A DNA stretch of 64,000 bases, taken from Octopus vulgaris (lineage: Eukaryota). Where the stretch lies: the NCBI GenBank assembly GCA_951406725.2, contig OX597818.1:16430001-16494000 (forward strand). Direction: 5' to 3'. Position 1 is the first letter of the stretch. Every line of letters begins with the position of its first letter. Made by a program: the position numbers and the translations under genes. Of the stretch, positions 27,055 through 40,689 are shown piece by piece. Under the pieces are notes generated by a model. That model was not told the DNA's origin. It made no database searches and was given only the letters and a program-made list of their open reading frames with translations.

Positions 27055-30000
27055 GAGAGAACACCGGGGGACGTTTAGGATGTAAGAAGGAAAAAACAGA
27101 GTTTTGAAATCTATCCACAAACATCAAAAACAAGGACATCGTATGGAGCCAAAGATTTACTAACAAAGGATTGGACTGTATCCGAGTAAGTAATACTAAT
27201 TGAAATTTATTACTATTTTCGAAACGAAATGTATTTTGACTCGATATCATCTCCACCTCTAACAAAACACATGTAAACATGCGTGAAGCATTACGATCCA
27301 TCAACACCAGATCATCCCCGACCCCAAACACCATGTACAAAGGAACTACGAAGAAATTAAATACCACCGATATTATTCAACCCAAGAATAACAATCGAGC
27401 GGTACGTACTTTAAACTTACAACAAAAAATGTACGAAAAACTACACGTGCGAAATAATGTGACAACAGAAATGAACGGACCGGTACCCTACGAAAATGAC
27501 GACCGTCAAAATAATGGGCCGGACGTTGTTCCTCATGTCCCGCAAATAAAACCCAAAAGACATAAATGGACACGTGAGGAATACATTTCTATCTTACACG
27601 CAGTGCTCTACCCAAAAAATTAAAACACAACAACACATACATATAAAATATGGAAGGAAAACAACATAAATATAGACTTGGATACAGCAATGAACCCAAA
27701 TAAATTAGCTAACGTACGAAGATACATTCTCAACGCAAAAAAAAAATATCAGAAATAGAAATAGAACATCTAAAAGAAAAAAACACCAGGAAAATGTAGA
27801 TAGAAGCCACACAACAATACCCAATAATATAAACACTGAAATAGTAAAACACGAAGACAAACGAAACATTCCCAACAAACACGATGTAAGCAACGAAGGG
27901 GAGCCTAATGATTATGATAATATAAAAAGTAAAATAATCAAAGAACTGAAAACCACAGAGCTCAAAATGGACCACCGACCATACCTCCCAAGAATCAAAA
28001 TAGACGAAACAACACCAATTATAAACAGCATAAACCTAGCCGTCACGGAACTAATAGCCACTGAAACAAAAAGCGATATCACTGAGTTAAATGACTTAGT
28101 ATACGCAGTAGCCACTGAAGCCACAAAAGAAGCTGGATACTCACTCAAACCCATCCAAACAGGAGTACCACCACCCAAAAAAACACTCTGGATAAATAAC
28201 ATCCAAAACAAAATACAAAAAATGAGAAAAGATCTGTCGATTCTTAATGAAATCAGCACACAATCAACGCTACTGAGCAACAAAAAGAAAACAAAAATAC
28301 TCCGCAAATATAACATCACAGAAAAAAATTTACCTGAGATAAAAGAAAAGCTGAAGCAAGATATCCTTGCCAAAGCACAAAGAATCCGCCGGTACGAGAA
28401 ACGCCAGCGCTTCTTTGAACAAAACAAAAAGTTCAACTCCAACCCCAAAAAGTTCTACCAAGAACTTGGCAAAAATAAAATAGAAATCACTGCAGCACCA
28501 ACGGCAGAAGAAGTGGAAGAATTCTGGAGAGAAATATGGTCGGCGAACGAACAACCAAAAGAAAGGAGTATCAAAATAACAAACTCGGCATCTGAACAAC
28601 TTTGGACCCACATAACAACTGAAGAGGTCACCCAGGCACTGCAAATACTAAGCAACTGGAAGGCACCTGGGCATGACAATATCCCCAACTTCTGGTTGAA
28701 ATATCTAACAGGAATGCACAAAAAACTGGCTGAAAACTTTAACAATATGCTATCAGAGCCAGAGACAATGCTTGAATGGCTCACGAAGGGGAAAACCATC
28801 TTAATTCCCAAATCAAATGAGACAGCAAAACCAGAAAACTACAGACCAATAACCTGTCTCCCTACAATGTTCAAGGCATTTACTACAGTGATATCGCAAA
28901 GGTTGAACAAGCACCTGGACGAAAACAAACTGTTCCCAGAAGAGCAGAAAGGATGACGCAAAGGCTCATATGGCTGTAAAGATCAACTAATGATTAATAA
29001 AGCCATAACTGAAGACAGCCACAGAAAGAAGAAAGGCCTCAGTATGGCCTGGATCGACTACAAAAAAGTGTTTGATAGCATCCCCCACACATGGATCCTC
29101 GAAACACTAGCCATTAACAAAGTAGCACCAACAATCATAAAATTCATAGAGCACTCTGTGAATAAATGGCAAACAGTGCTACAGCTCCAAACAAAAGAGG
29201 GACTCATGAAAACCAAAGACATCCCCATTAGAAGAGGAATATTCCAGGGAGACACGCTCTCTCCACTCCTTTTCTGCTTGGCACTGTCACCCTTATCTGA
29301 TATGCTAAATAGAACTGGATGCGGATATAAATGTTACGGCAAAACGATCAGCCACCTTTTATATATGGATGACCTAAAACTATACGCTGCAAATGACAAA
29401 CAGCTGGAAACACAATTAAAGACAGTTCATGGATTTAACAAAGAAATAGATATGAAATATGGATTAGAAAATTGCGCCAAAGTAACCATGAAAAGAGGAA
29501 AACTAGTTAAGAGTAGCAACATCACACTAGATAAACCCAATGAAATAAAAGAATTAGACCAAAGCCAAACTTACAAATACTTAGGAATCCATGAACTAGA
29601 TAAGACACAACACACACAAATGAAAGAGAAAATAAAAAAAGAATATTATAGACGAGTTAGATCAATACTAAAAACAGAGCTCAATGCTAAAAACAAGATA
29701 ATAGGTATTAACACTTTAGCTGTCCCAGTTATAAGTTACAGCTACAATATCCTTAACTGGACACTAAATGAACTGACCAAAATAGATAGGAAAACAAGAA
29801 AAATAATGACAGGATCTAGGATGCATCACCCAAAATCTGACATAGAAACACTATATATACAACGTATAGAAGGTGGTAGAGGCCTTATACAACTGGAAAA
29901 CTACTATAAAATAACCACCATAGGATTGCAAAAATATCTACTTCAGAAAGAAGGAAAACTGATACAAATAGCGGCAAAACACGAGCGAAACAAAAAACTG

Positions 30001-31192
30001 TTCTCAGTATTTAAGGAAGCTGACAAATACAAACAAGAAATCATACCACCTAATAAATATGAAGAAGAAGAAGAAGAAGAAGAAGAAGAAGAAGAAGAAG
30101 AAGAAGAAGAAGAAGAAGAAGAAAGAAGAAGAAGAAGAAGAAGAAGAAGAAGAAGAAGAAGAAAAGAAGAAGAAGAAGAAAAAGAAGAAGAAGAAGAAGA
30201 AGAAGAAGAAGGAGAGAAGAAGAAGAAGAAGAAGAAGAAGAAGAAGAAGAAGAAGAAGAAGAAGAAGAAACAACAAAAGCTATAAAACAAATGAAATCCA
30301 AACTAAAAATAGAACAACAACGAACCATGATAAAACGATGGCAAGAAAAGCCCCTTCATGTAAATACTGGACTAAACTAAACGCAAAAGAAATAGACAAA
30401 GAAAAATCCCAGCAATGGTTGAGAAGCTCAGGACTCAAAGCAGAAACAGAGGGATTTTTAATTGCAGCACAAGACCAAAGCCTCCCCACCAGAAATTACC
30501 AAAAACATGTAATGAAAAGAAATATTACAAGTAACTGCAGAATATGTGGAGATGGACGAGAAACAATAAATCATATTATCTCTAGCTGCCCAGTCCTGGC
30601 TAAGAAGGAATATATTCACAGACATGACAGAGTTGGAACCTACATACATTGGAAGCTATGCCAACATTATGGAATAACAACAGAAAAAAGATGGTAGAGG
30701 CACACACCAGAAAAGGTCACAGAAAACGAGAAAGCAACCATACTCTGGGATATGCCGATACACACAGATAGAGAAATTAAGGCCAACAGACCAGATATAG
30801 TTGTCAAAGATCATGAAGAAAAAAATGCTTTCTAATTGATGTATCAATAACGGCTGATGATAACGTGCCTCTAAAAGAAATGGAGAAACTCTCAAAATAC
30901 AAAGGCCTGGAAATAGAGGTAACCAGAATGTGGAATCTAAAAACAGAAACAATTCCTATCATAGTAGGTGCAGTAGGCATGATAAAAAAATATTCAGATA
31001 AATACATAACAAAAACACCAGGACTTACAAACACATATAACATGCAGAAAATTGCACTACTAGGCACTGCACACATCCTACGCAGAACACTTTCCATACA
31101 ATAACCATCAGAGCATCACAACAAATCACAGCACATACCCAAGGCACACAGAGCTGCGCTCGGTAGTGAAGTGAAAGCACGCTATAAAACTA

Positions 31193-31195
<3 letters not shown>
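27055..31195 (+). mobile_element. Near full-length R4/Dong-clade LINE (element 3), inactivated
   Basis: KRHKWTREE N-terminal motif; RT (ENYRPITCLP, RGIFQGDTLSP, YMDDLKLY); CRICGDGRETINHIISSC; RHD; RPDIVV; EKLSKY. Nonsense codon at 28954-28956, (GAA)n expansion at 30061-30270, frameshifts, (TAA)n on both sides. Confidence 0.95.
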
Positions 31196-31278
<83 letters not shown>

Positions 31279-31302
31279 TAACAATAACAATAATAATAAT
31301 AA

Positions 31303-31802
31303 TCATGTACATTGTTTTGTCTTGGTATAAAAGATGGGCTACAGCAAATATTCTGCTCAATACCACAGATTTGCTTGTCAGTTGTTTGACTTTAACCAGT
31401 TGAGCATGTTCCTTAGTGGCTGACGATATGTGCATCTCTGATCACGAGCAGAAGTAGTGGGGGAGCATCATAGCCATGTGTTGAGAGGGATTCTTTGGGG
31501 TTTGAATAATTCACCTCTGAAAACATAGGTGGTTCTTTCAACATCCTTAAACAACCCTTATTCAGGGACCTTTTGAGCGGGATGGGCTACTCAACCTGAA
31601 GAAAATTCTAACTGGGCCCCACCTGCAAGGTCATGTGCTGTTTATCTTGATATGAGATCACCATGTCGCGCACATATGGTTGTGATGCATGTGCCTGGTG
31701 TACCCTTATCAGACGGGTAGTCATGATGGGTATATTGGGCTTCGTATATTTTACCCCAGTGTCACTTTGATGGCATGAACTGCTCTCTCACTCAATAATA
31801 AA

Positions 31803-31853
<51 letters not shown>

Positions 31854-32135
31854 TGGGGGAGCATCATAGCCATGTTTTGAAAGGGATTCTTTGGAGTTTG
31901 AATAATTCACCTCTGGAAACATGGGTGTTTCCTTAAACATCCTAAAGCAACCCTTATTCAGGGACCTTTTGAGCAGGATGGGCTACTCGACCTGAAGAAA
32001 ATTCTAACTGGGCCCCACCTGCAAGGTCATGTGCTGTTTATCTTGATATGAGATCACAATGTCGCGCACATATGGTTGTGATGCATGTGCCTGGTGTACT
32101 CTTATCAGACGAGTAGTCATGATGGGTATATTGGC
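31303..32135 (+). mobile_element. Two tandem copies of the TAA-tailed non-coding element (31303-31793 and 31853-32135)
   Basis: Homologous to 50096-50623 and 6231-6756; separated by (TAA)n. Confidence 0.85.
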
Positions 32136-32944
32136 TTCAGCGACAAGAACTGAAAGAAATACAACAAAATTCGAAGAAAGTTCAAAAGATGAAAGACAAA
32201 AATTACAATAATGTTTTTATCTAAAGTTTAAAAGTCTTCTTGTGTTGATTAGGGTACACCATGTTTCTGATTAGGTATCTCCACAATTGTATTGTTAATA
32301 TCTGTAGATTCCAGCACCTTCGGTGAGGAACTCTTGGGTTACAGTAGACAATCGAGGTCGCACGTCATGTTTTATCTAAAACCAATCTTACTTCTTTGTC
32401 CATATGTACCTTAAGCAGTATATTATATCGTTGTTAGCCTTACGAAATAATATGTATTTCATCTTGTTCAGGATGGTAGCTATTTCCTTCATATTGAGAT
32501 GAGCAGTTTGTCAGCAGGGAGTTTCTTCTTTTCCACAGGTTATGAAACTACACTTTATCTCATTAATTGTATTTATTTATATTGCATTGGGTCTTTCGAA
32601 GAAGTGTGCATAAGTCGTTTGGTCAGCGTCAGGTCACCAGACTCTTAAGTACATGGCCATATGCTGCTGTGAAGGAGTGCTTCTCGGCCACTTCTCTTTT
32701 GTTATTGTAGTTGTTGTTAGAAGTGATTGGTTTTTGTCCACGTCAGGGCCAAAGAGTTTGATCGTGACAGTGAGAATTATGTAAATTTGTTTGTCGAATC
32801 ATGGGTTATAGCTATTGTGGAGTTTTGGACGGCAACCTCCATGCTTTGTAGTCTTGTTTCTGGATTTTTCTTTAATATTTTCTTTTTTTGTTTTTGACTG
32901 CTGGTCTTGATTCCGCGATATGAAAGAACAGTGTTGATATCAAG

Positions 32945-33440
32945 GAAAAACCCAGTCAGACCATAGAGTCAATGTGCCACGCTTTCTCAAACATCTTTGA
33001 GGAGTCACGAGCATTGGCCTTAGTTTCACTAGAAGCGTTAAATGAACGAGAGAAACGTTTCGATATGACAGTGAGAATGTCAGCAGTAGACCTAGATGCA
33101 CGCAAATCTTATGGAAAATCAGCAAGTAGACCGGAAGAGTCAAAGTATCTGATCAAAGCCACCTTAATAATAGATTCAAAGACTTTCTTGATCATAGGGA
33201 AAAGACTTATTGGAATATAAATGTGTAAGTCAGATGATTCCCTACTATTCTTAAACGCTGGAGCAATAGATAAATAATTCTAACAAGACGAAATGCAAGT
33301 TATAGACAGAAGACAAGCTCAGGGCTACTTGGCTGCAAAACAACTCGTGTACCATCATGACCAGTGGCCTTAGATGAATCTACTTTCGCAATTATAGATG
33401 CTACAATTTTAGCGGTTATATGGAAGGTGCAAGAAGGGAA
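32945..33440 (-). mobile_element. CR1/Jockey-group LINE RT fragment
   Basis: Minus strand reads PISLFPMIKKVFESII...RASRSTADILT...SKMFEKAWH, a degenerate YRPISLL / GFR..RST / SKAFD.VWH series. Confidence 0.7.
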
Positions 33441-33457
33441 GGCTACAAGCGGTATGT

Positions 33458-33532
<75 letters not shown>

Positions 33533-33699
33533 TGTGCGCGCGCGCGCGTGTGGTGTGTGAAGGTGATGGCTGTATGTGTGTGAGTGTGTGGACTAATGAC
33601 ACTTATTAAGATAGTTAAAGATACTTAAAAGAGATTATTTTGGGAGAAAGCAAACATTTTGTAAATTGCTCTATGAAATATTTCATTCTTCAAATACAT

Positions 33700-35860
33700 T
33701 AATTATCCCAATGATTTTATCTGATAGGGATATATCAAAATGAAATTTAATATTGAATATCGATAATAATTTTGGTATCATAGACGTCATCAATATTAAG
33801 GTAATCCGTGTGAATCCTGATAAATCCAAATCCTTTCGACTTATTATATTGTTGCAAGCAAAGAAAAAGATACGATTAGAAATAGCTTTACAATGGATTT
33901 AGCAATCTCGTATCTCAAAGGAAAATGATGGTCAATAATTGTTTTAAACAACTTGACATTAATGAATTCCTGTCCATATTTTGACAGAACTAAATTTGGA
34001 CGAACACTTTTCGTAAACTTTATAGTTTGAACTAGTATAGTATGATACTTTTCCTGAATAGTTTTCGTAACTGCAAAACCGTAAACAAAAAACATGGCAA
34101 CAAACCATATATCGCCAACAGTATCAGGTTTAGCAAGCATTACAATAGCTATTGAAAATGAATAGTTGCAAAGAACTTGGAAAGTTGTAAGAAAAATATA
34201 AATCGAATCTAAATACCATAATACATAAAAGGGCAACGAAGCGAATGTTAAGATAAGAGCAATAATCTTGGAAATATGGTTAGGATTCATATACATTGGT
34301 AAAATATAGACTTTGAAGTAACTTAAGGGTAAAGTTAGAATCAAATAAACGATTGGGATTCCGTAATAAACGAGGCACAGAAGTAATTCGCAGATAGAAA
34401 ATACAGCAAATAAAATCGTGATCGTAATAAATAACCAAAGAAATATGAATTGGCTAAAAATATTTCTCTCGTAGAAATAAAGACAAATTTTCTTTATACG
34501 TTTAATCCAAGTATAAATAATTAAATACCACAAATTTGGGTTTAAAGCCGTAGAAATATTAGCTATCATTATCGTATAAAGTAGATCGTAATCTTCAAGT
34601 GTAGAAATATTAAAATTTCCATAGTTCTCTATTAATGTGATATTTTGAATGAGAAATGTGCAAGTTGATCTTTGATGTAATGTACTATAAATGATAGTCT
34701 CACTTAAACGACTGGGTAGAACGAAGAGAATAAAGTTGAGAAATATATAGATAATTATCCAAAAAAGGGACCCCGAAAAAACCATCTGTATTTTCATAGC
34801 TTTCTGAGGTTCCTAGAATCATGGCACGATAACCCAATGGAATACGATCATGTAAAAGTATTTTCATCGTTTCATATAAAAATAAATAATGCATTAAAAG
34901 ATCCAGGAACATTATTGAAAGAGGAAACATAATAAAAATGAATCTTCTTAGTTTTGAAGCAAAGAAAGTGGAATGGTGAAAACAAAATAACCAAGATAGA
35001 AAATGAGAGAAAGTGTAAATATTATGTTTTTCATTAATCCATTCTAATTTGTGTGGCAATGTGTAGTTAATTCTAAATAAGAATTCATCGTTAGCTAATT
35101 GTTGCTGGTTAAGTTCTCGAGAATATGAAGGTAATTTAAGTCGTGATACAAAACTAACAAGCAATGGAAATATGGCCCACAGAACCGACCCAACAATATT
35201 TTCATAATTAACAAACATACTATTTTCAATGATGTTTCCAGAACAAATGGATTTCGGTTCATAAGTGCGTTTTTCATTCTTATGTAGTTCACAGCAATAG
35301 TTTTTCAGTATCTCTCGATTTATACCCAATCTTCTGTATGTTAATAACGTATAAGGGCTGTTCTTCTGTATATCATGCGACAAATTTATAAAAAAGCACA
35401 TGTATCCAGATTCTCCCATTTGCAATTTATCGATAAATACGATTCTCTTTAATTCCTCGAAAATCAAAAATATTACATCGTGTCTCTGAATATTTTGTTT
35501 CCCACAATTTATATCGATAACAATACTTGGAGTAGCAACGTAAACATCTAATATATTAAATGAATGAATTGAGAAGTCATAGTGAAAATTTTTATACGCT
35601 ACTAAACCATCTGGTTTATCTGGAATCCATATGAAATGCCTCGCATTTGCATAATAATCCAGTGGTACAGGATTGAGAAGCCCATCAAGTGTTTTATCAG
35701 CTATATGGACTTCGAAATTGAAAACCAGTTTACCTGATTTTACTAAACGAGTTAAATTTTGACTGACATTAGGAGAAATTTCAATTTCACAATTATTTCC
35801 GAGTCCTTTCGCATCTATGTTTAGTGATGTGAGTGAGATAATAAGGGTGATTGATAAAAG
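33700..35860 (-). pseudogene. Disrupted paralog (copy B) of the multi-pass membrane protein
   Basis: ORFs 34700..36022 (from LLSITLIISL onward) and 33844..34797 are collinear with the 794-aa protein. Frameshifts at ~34780 and ~33865; the start codon and splice acceptor are replaced by an RTE fragment. Confidence 0.9.
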
Positions 35861-35864
35861 TTTA

Positions 35865-36260
35865 GACGAATGTCTTGTGAAAGCTGTACAAGGCATGTAC
35901 ATGTGTGTTCTTACTAAGTTAAGAGTTAGTCTTGAATACAGTGACAAATTTAGGGTACAGGCAGGTGTGCAGCAAGGTTCGCTCCTCAGCACCCTCCTAT
36001 TCATCATCGTCCTCCAGGCCATAACAGAGCAATTTATTACTGGAAGCCTATGGAAACTACTATATGCTGATTATCTTGCACCCATAGCAGAATGTGTAAG
36101 AGACCTAGAGAAGAAATTCCAGGTGTGCAATCAAAACCTGGAGTCAAAGGGTCTTAAAGTTAACTTAGCAAAGACCAAAGTCCTAATGAGCAAGAAATCG
36201 GACGGAAACCAGACACTTCCTGTAACTGACCCTCCTCAATATGTAGAAAAGGTGTAGGCA
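35865..36260 (+). mobile_element. RTE-clade LINE RT fragment
   Basis: GVQQGSLLSTLLFIIVL...LLYADYL...GLKVNLAKTKVL. Confidence 0.85.
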
Positions 36261-36639
36261 CTTCAACAGCAGATCAAGGAATGAAGTCTATCAGTCAGCC
36301 TGATGCCCTCTTTGATACCCTTCCAGCAACTTTAAGACATGTCACACTCTCCACCCTTTAAGATATTTTACCTAGAAGGATACTACAGTATGAAATCTAC
36401 AGTTTGCTCTTGATTGCAGCCGTCTTAATCCGATAAGCCATTATGATAAAACCTCTGTTCTAAAAAGTGGGATCGGATAGTGCCCACCGACTCACACTTT
36501 AAAACTAGTAAGAGCAGACAGGAAGAAAAGAGTGTTAAGCTCCGTTTATATAACCACTTAATGGTGTGTCGCTTTTCCATTTGGTATTCAGATACGAAGA
36601 ATCTACTATAATTGTATGCTCTCTTTCATCTCTGTTACT

Positions 36640-36725
36640 TATTTCAGTTATGAGACTGCGGCCATGCTGGGGCACCGCCTTAAAGGGGTTTTTTATTGAA
36701 TTAAATGACCCCAGAACTTGTGTAT

Positions 36726-36773
<48 letters not shown>

Positions 36774-37070
36774 TTAAACTTGGTATTTATTCTATCGGTG
36801 TCTTTGTTGAACAGCTATGTTACGGAGATGTAAACACACCAACACCGGTTGTCAAGCAGTGGTTGTGGGCAAACACAGACGCAAAGAAACACACACACAC
36901 ACATATATATATAGATATGCATGCGAGAGGCTTCTTTCAGTTTCCGTCTTTCAAGTTTAAGCTTCCTGAGGCTAGAGTAGAAAATGCTTGCCCAAGGTAC
37001 CATGCTGTGAGAATGAACCTGGAACCATGTGGTCAGGAAGCAAACACATTGCCACACAGTACACTACGCC
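36640..37070 (-). mobile_element. SINE tail and tRNA-derived SINE head fragments
   Basis: gactgcggccatgctggggcaccgcc and ggaaccatgtggtcaggaagc strings are shared with other copies in the window. Confidence 0.65.
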
Positions 37071-37544
37071 TATATTGAGAGAGAAAGTAAAATAGAGGTT
37101 GAGAGATAGAGAGAGTGGGGTAGACATAGAGAGACAGAGAAAAGATCGACGTACTGCTAAAGAGAAAGGGATTGGGAGAAAGCTTCAGAGACATAAATAC
37201 AGAGATAGATAGGGAAATAGAGACAGGGGAAGGAGGGAAGGCGGAAACATTTACATACATGACTAAGATACATTTAACAAGCAGCAACGTGTTCATAAAT
37301 AGGGCAGAATTCTCGTTTAAACAGCCCAAATAAGCCCTCTTAACTATTTTTTATTTTTGGCAATTTTCAGAAAATGTTTGTTAATTTTTGTCCTAAACAT
37401 GGGAATTCATAATATCCGTATTAATATTAAAATTTACACTCATTTTCGATTATTTTTCTCTTTTAATCTATTTGAAATACGGGCGGTCTGAATTTTTACC
37501 TAAATCCCAGCAGATTTTTACCTAAATCCCAGAGAGAAAAATAT

Positions 37545-37770
37545 TTATTTCTATATTGCCCACAGGGGGATAAACACAGAGGGGAGACAAACAAGGATAG
37601 ACAAAGGGATTAGGTCGATTACATCAACCCCAGTGCGTAACTGCTACTTATTCAATCGACCCAGAAAGGATGAAAGGCAAAGTCGACCTGGGCGGAATTT
37701 GAACTCAGAACGTAACGGCAGACGAAATATCGCTAGGCAGTTCGCCCGGCGTGCTAACGTTTCTACCAGG
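37545..37770 (-). mobile_element. tRNA-derived SINE
   Basis: Minus strand reads ctggtagaaacgttagc (A-box-like)...gagttcaaattcc (B-box)...gcctttcatcctttctgggtcgat core. Confidence 0.8.
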
Positions 37771-39329
37771 GGAGAAAAATATTGAAAAATATTGAAAAAC
37801 ACTAATACATGTATGAATGATAAAGAAACGATGACGGTATCGTGTGTTCGTGGGATGTGCTATAAATTACATTTAGGTACACACACACACACGCACACAC
37901 ACACATCCTGCCTTTTATTGATAAATAGATTGATAAATAAGTGATTCAAAATAAATATATTTTAATTGTTGTGTGAGAAAGTATATATAATCTGATTATA
38001 AAATATAGTGTCTTTCAAAAACATCCTAAATTTGAAGACTATATCTCGTGTTTAAGAAAAAAACATTTTAGGTATACACGTGTATGTATGTGTATATGTA
38101 TGTATTTATGTATGTATGTATCGTGTACTACGTATATCCGTTTCATTTATAGCCAATGAATCACTCCACCTCAAAGATTGTCATGATATTACAAATCATC
38201 ACTCTTCGCATGAAATTACTTTAATCAGGAAAGCATAGACAAAATTTGTTCTGATTTCTGAGAATTAATATTGATGCTTCTAAATCTCGCTTAAATCACA
38301 CACATGAAGTATTATTATTTCAAAAGCATATGAATTTCCGTACTTAGAACACAAATTCGCGAAAATTTCCTGAAAATTCCAAAGAATGAAAATGCTACAA
38401 GGGGTTATATGGGTTTCATTAACCAGAATTTCGCCATTTTGAAGGAATATCTGTAGATTCAATGGACCCTTTCTCCTCCGTTTGCTCAGACAGAAAAGGG
38501 ATCCTTTCATAGGGATCCCAAGTCGTGTGGGAGAAAGAAAAGTTAGAATCATGGTGGATCCTCAGACGGATATCCGATCTCAATGTGAACTCCAGTCAAG
38601 GTACCGACCTGCTAAAAACAACAGCCAAATATCCCTCAGATCACTCCTCATATTGTTAGAAGACATTACATTGGATAAATGCATTCAGGTGGATTGACAT
38701 TACTCGTAAATAAACAGGGTAACGGTCATGGATGGGATGTTTTTTATCATAGATCAACCCCTTCAAGCCTGACTGGCTTATAAACAACAATACCAACGAA
38801 GACGTCTGCAACAACAACAACAACAAAAATGACAAGTAATAATAATCTTGTTACCTGTTCTGGGCGTGTTACCGTGAGATATATATGTATATTCGACAAA
38901 TGCTGGTAAATAGATCTTGAATTAATTTCTTAGAAGCATCAATATTAATTCTCAGAAATCAGAACAAATTTTGTCTATGCTTTCCGGATTGAACTAAATC
39001 CATGCGAAAAGTGATTTGTAATATCTTGACAACTTTTTAGGTGGAGAGATTCATTGGCTATAAATGAAACGGATGCACGTAAGTACACGATACATACATA
39101 CATACACACACGTGCATACACATGCACATAGATACATACGCACGTAGCCTAAATACTTACAGTGCTATGTCATCTGTATGTTTGTATATCCATAAGCAGG
39201 TAACTACGACAACATAACGTTATGCATATATATATATATATATATATAAATCATCATATCATATCTTATCATATACCCAGGCTTATTCCCCATTTTTGAG
39301 GAGGAGGTCGCCATCGCAAGACACAAACC

Positions 39330-39368
<39 letters not shown>

Positions 39369-39369
<1 letters not shown>

Positions 39370-39607
39370 CTATAAAAGGCAGGAAGTGTGTGTGTGTACG
39401 TGAATGTAATTTATGCATATCCACAAATTAGCACGCATGTCGCTCCAATTTTAGGAGGTCATTCGTCACGAACCTAGCTGGGTTTTGCCGACTTATTTTT
39501 CCCGAGGCACCTGCGGATAACGGTAAAAATCTATTTTCAACTATAACTTTTACCAATTCTTATGTTTGCTAACATGAGTTAAGTCCCCTTGTTGCCATAG
39601 CGAAGTG

Positions 39608-39646
<39 letters not shown>

Positions 39647-39682
39647 CTGTGTGTGTGTGTGTGTCTGTGTGTGTGTGTGTGT

Positions 39683-39722
<40 letters not shown>

Positions 39723-40622
39723 TGTATATAATTTATGCACGTCCACAAATTAGCACGCATGTTGTTCCAATTTTAGGACATTGGTCACGATCATGGCTGT
39801 GTTTTTGTCAACTTATTTTCCCCGAGGCACTCGGAGGTAGTGGTGAAAATCGATTTACAACCATAACTTTTACCAATTTTCACGTCAGTGAAATCCGTAA
39901 GTTTGCTAATATAAGTTAAGACATCTGTCTAGCAATGATGAGGAAGGAAAACAAAGGGTTAACTTTTAGATTAACACCCACACGATTTTCACCAAGAAAA
40001 TAGAATAAACTCGGATTTTTTGCGTTGAATCTAGTACCCTGACCTCTTAATATGCTGCAAATCCTTTATTTTGGTTCGGTAAAAAGGGGGTAGGGTGAAG
40101 GAATCATTGGAATTTTTTTTTCGTTGAATGAATTCCTGTGACCGTCTAATATACTACAAGACCATTTCTGGGGTCCGAAAAACGAGGTGGGGAGAGGTTG
40201 AAGCCTCGGAAATTTCACCTACCCACCACCATTGATATTTTCACCCATCCGATTTTCACTAAGGAAAAAAAATAAATAAAACTCGGACTTTTTTTTTTAT
40301 TTTGCGTGAAATCAAGTACCCTGACCTAATATGCTGCAAATCACGTATTTTCGTTCGGGAAAAAAAGGTGGGGCGAGGCCTCCCCCTCCCTCCCGGAATC
40401 ATTGAAATTTTTTTTTCGTTGAATGAATTCCGGTGACCTCCTAATATGCTACAAAACCCTTTATTGGGGTACGAAAATGGTGCTGGGTGAGGTAGAAGGC
40501 TCGGAAATTTTACCCCCTTCCATCATTTTACAGAAATAAATTTTCCAGAGTGTGAATTACATGGTTCGTTATTAAATATATATAGTAGAGAATGTTACAT
40601 ATTGTGCGTGTATATAAACATA

Positions 40623-40689
<67 letters not shown>

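Noticed and set aside
32140-32930. Possible coding remnant on the minus strand
   Set aside because: No recognisable motifs or sustained reading frame.
35861-36022. N-terminal ~54 aa of the 440-aa ORF as a genuine extension
   Set aside because: It is the antisense strand of an RTE RT fragment.
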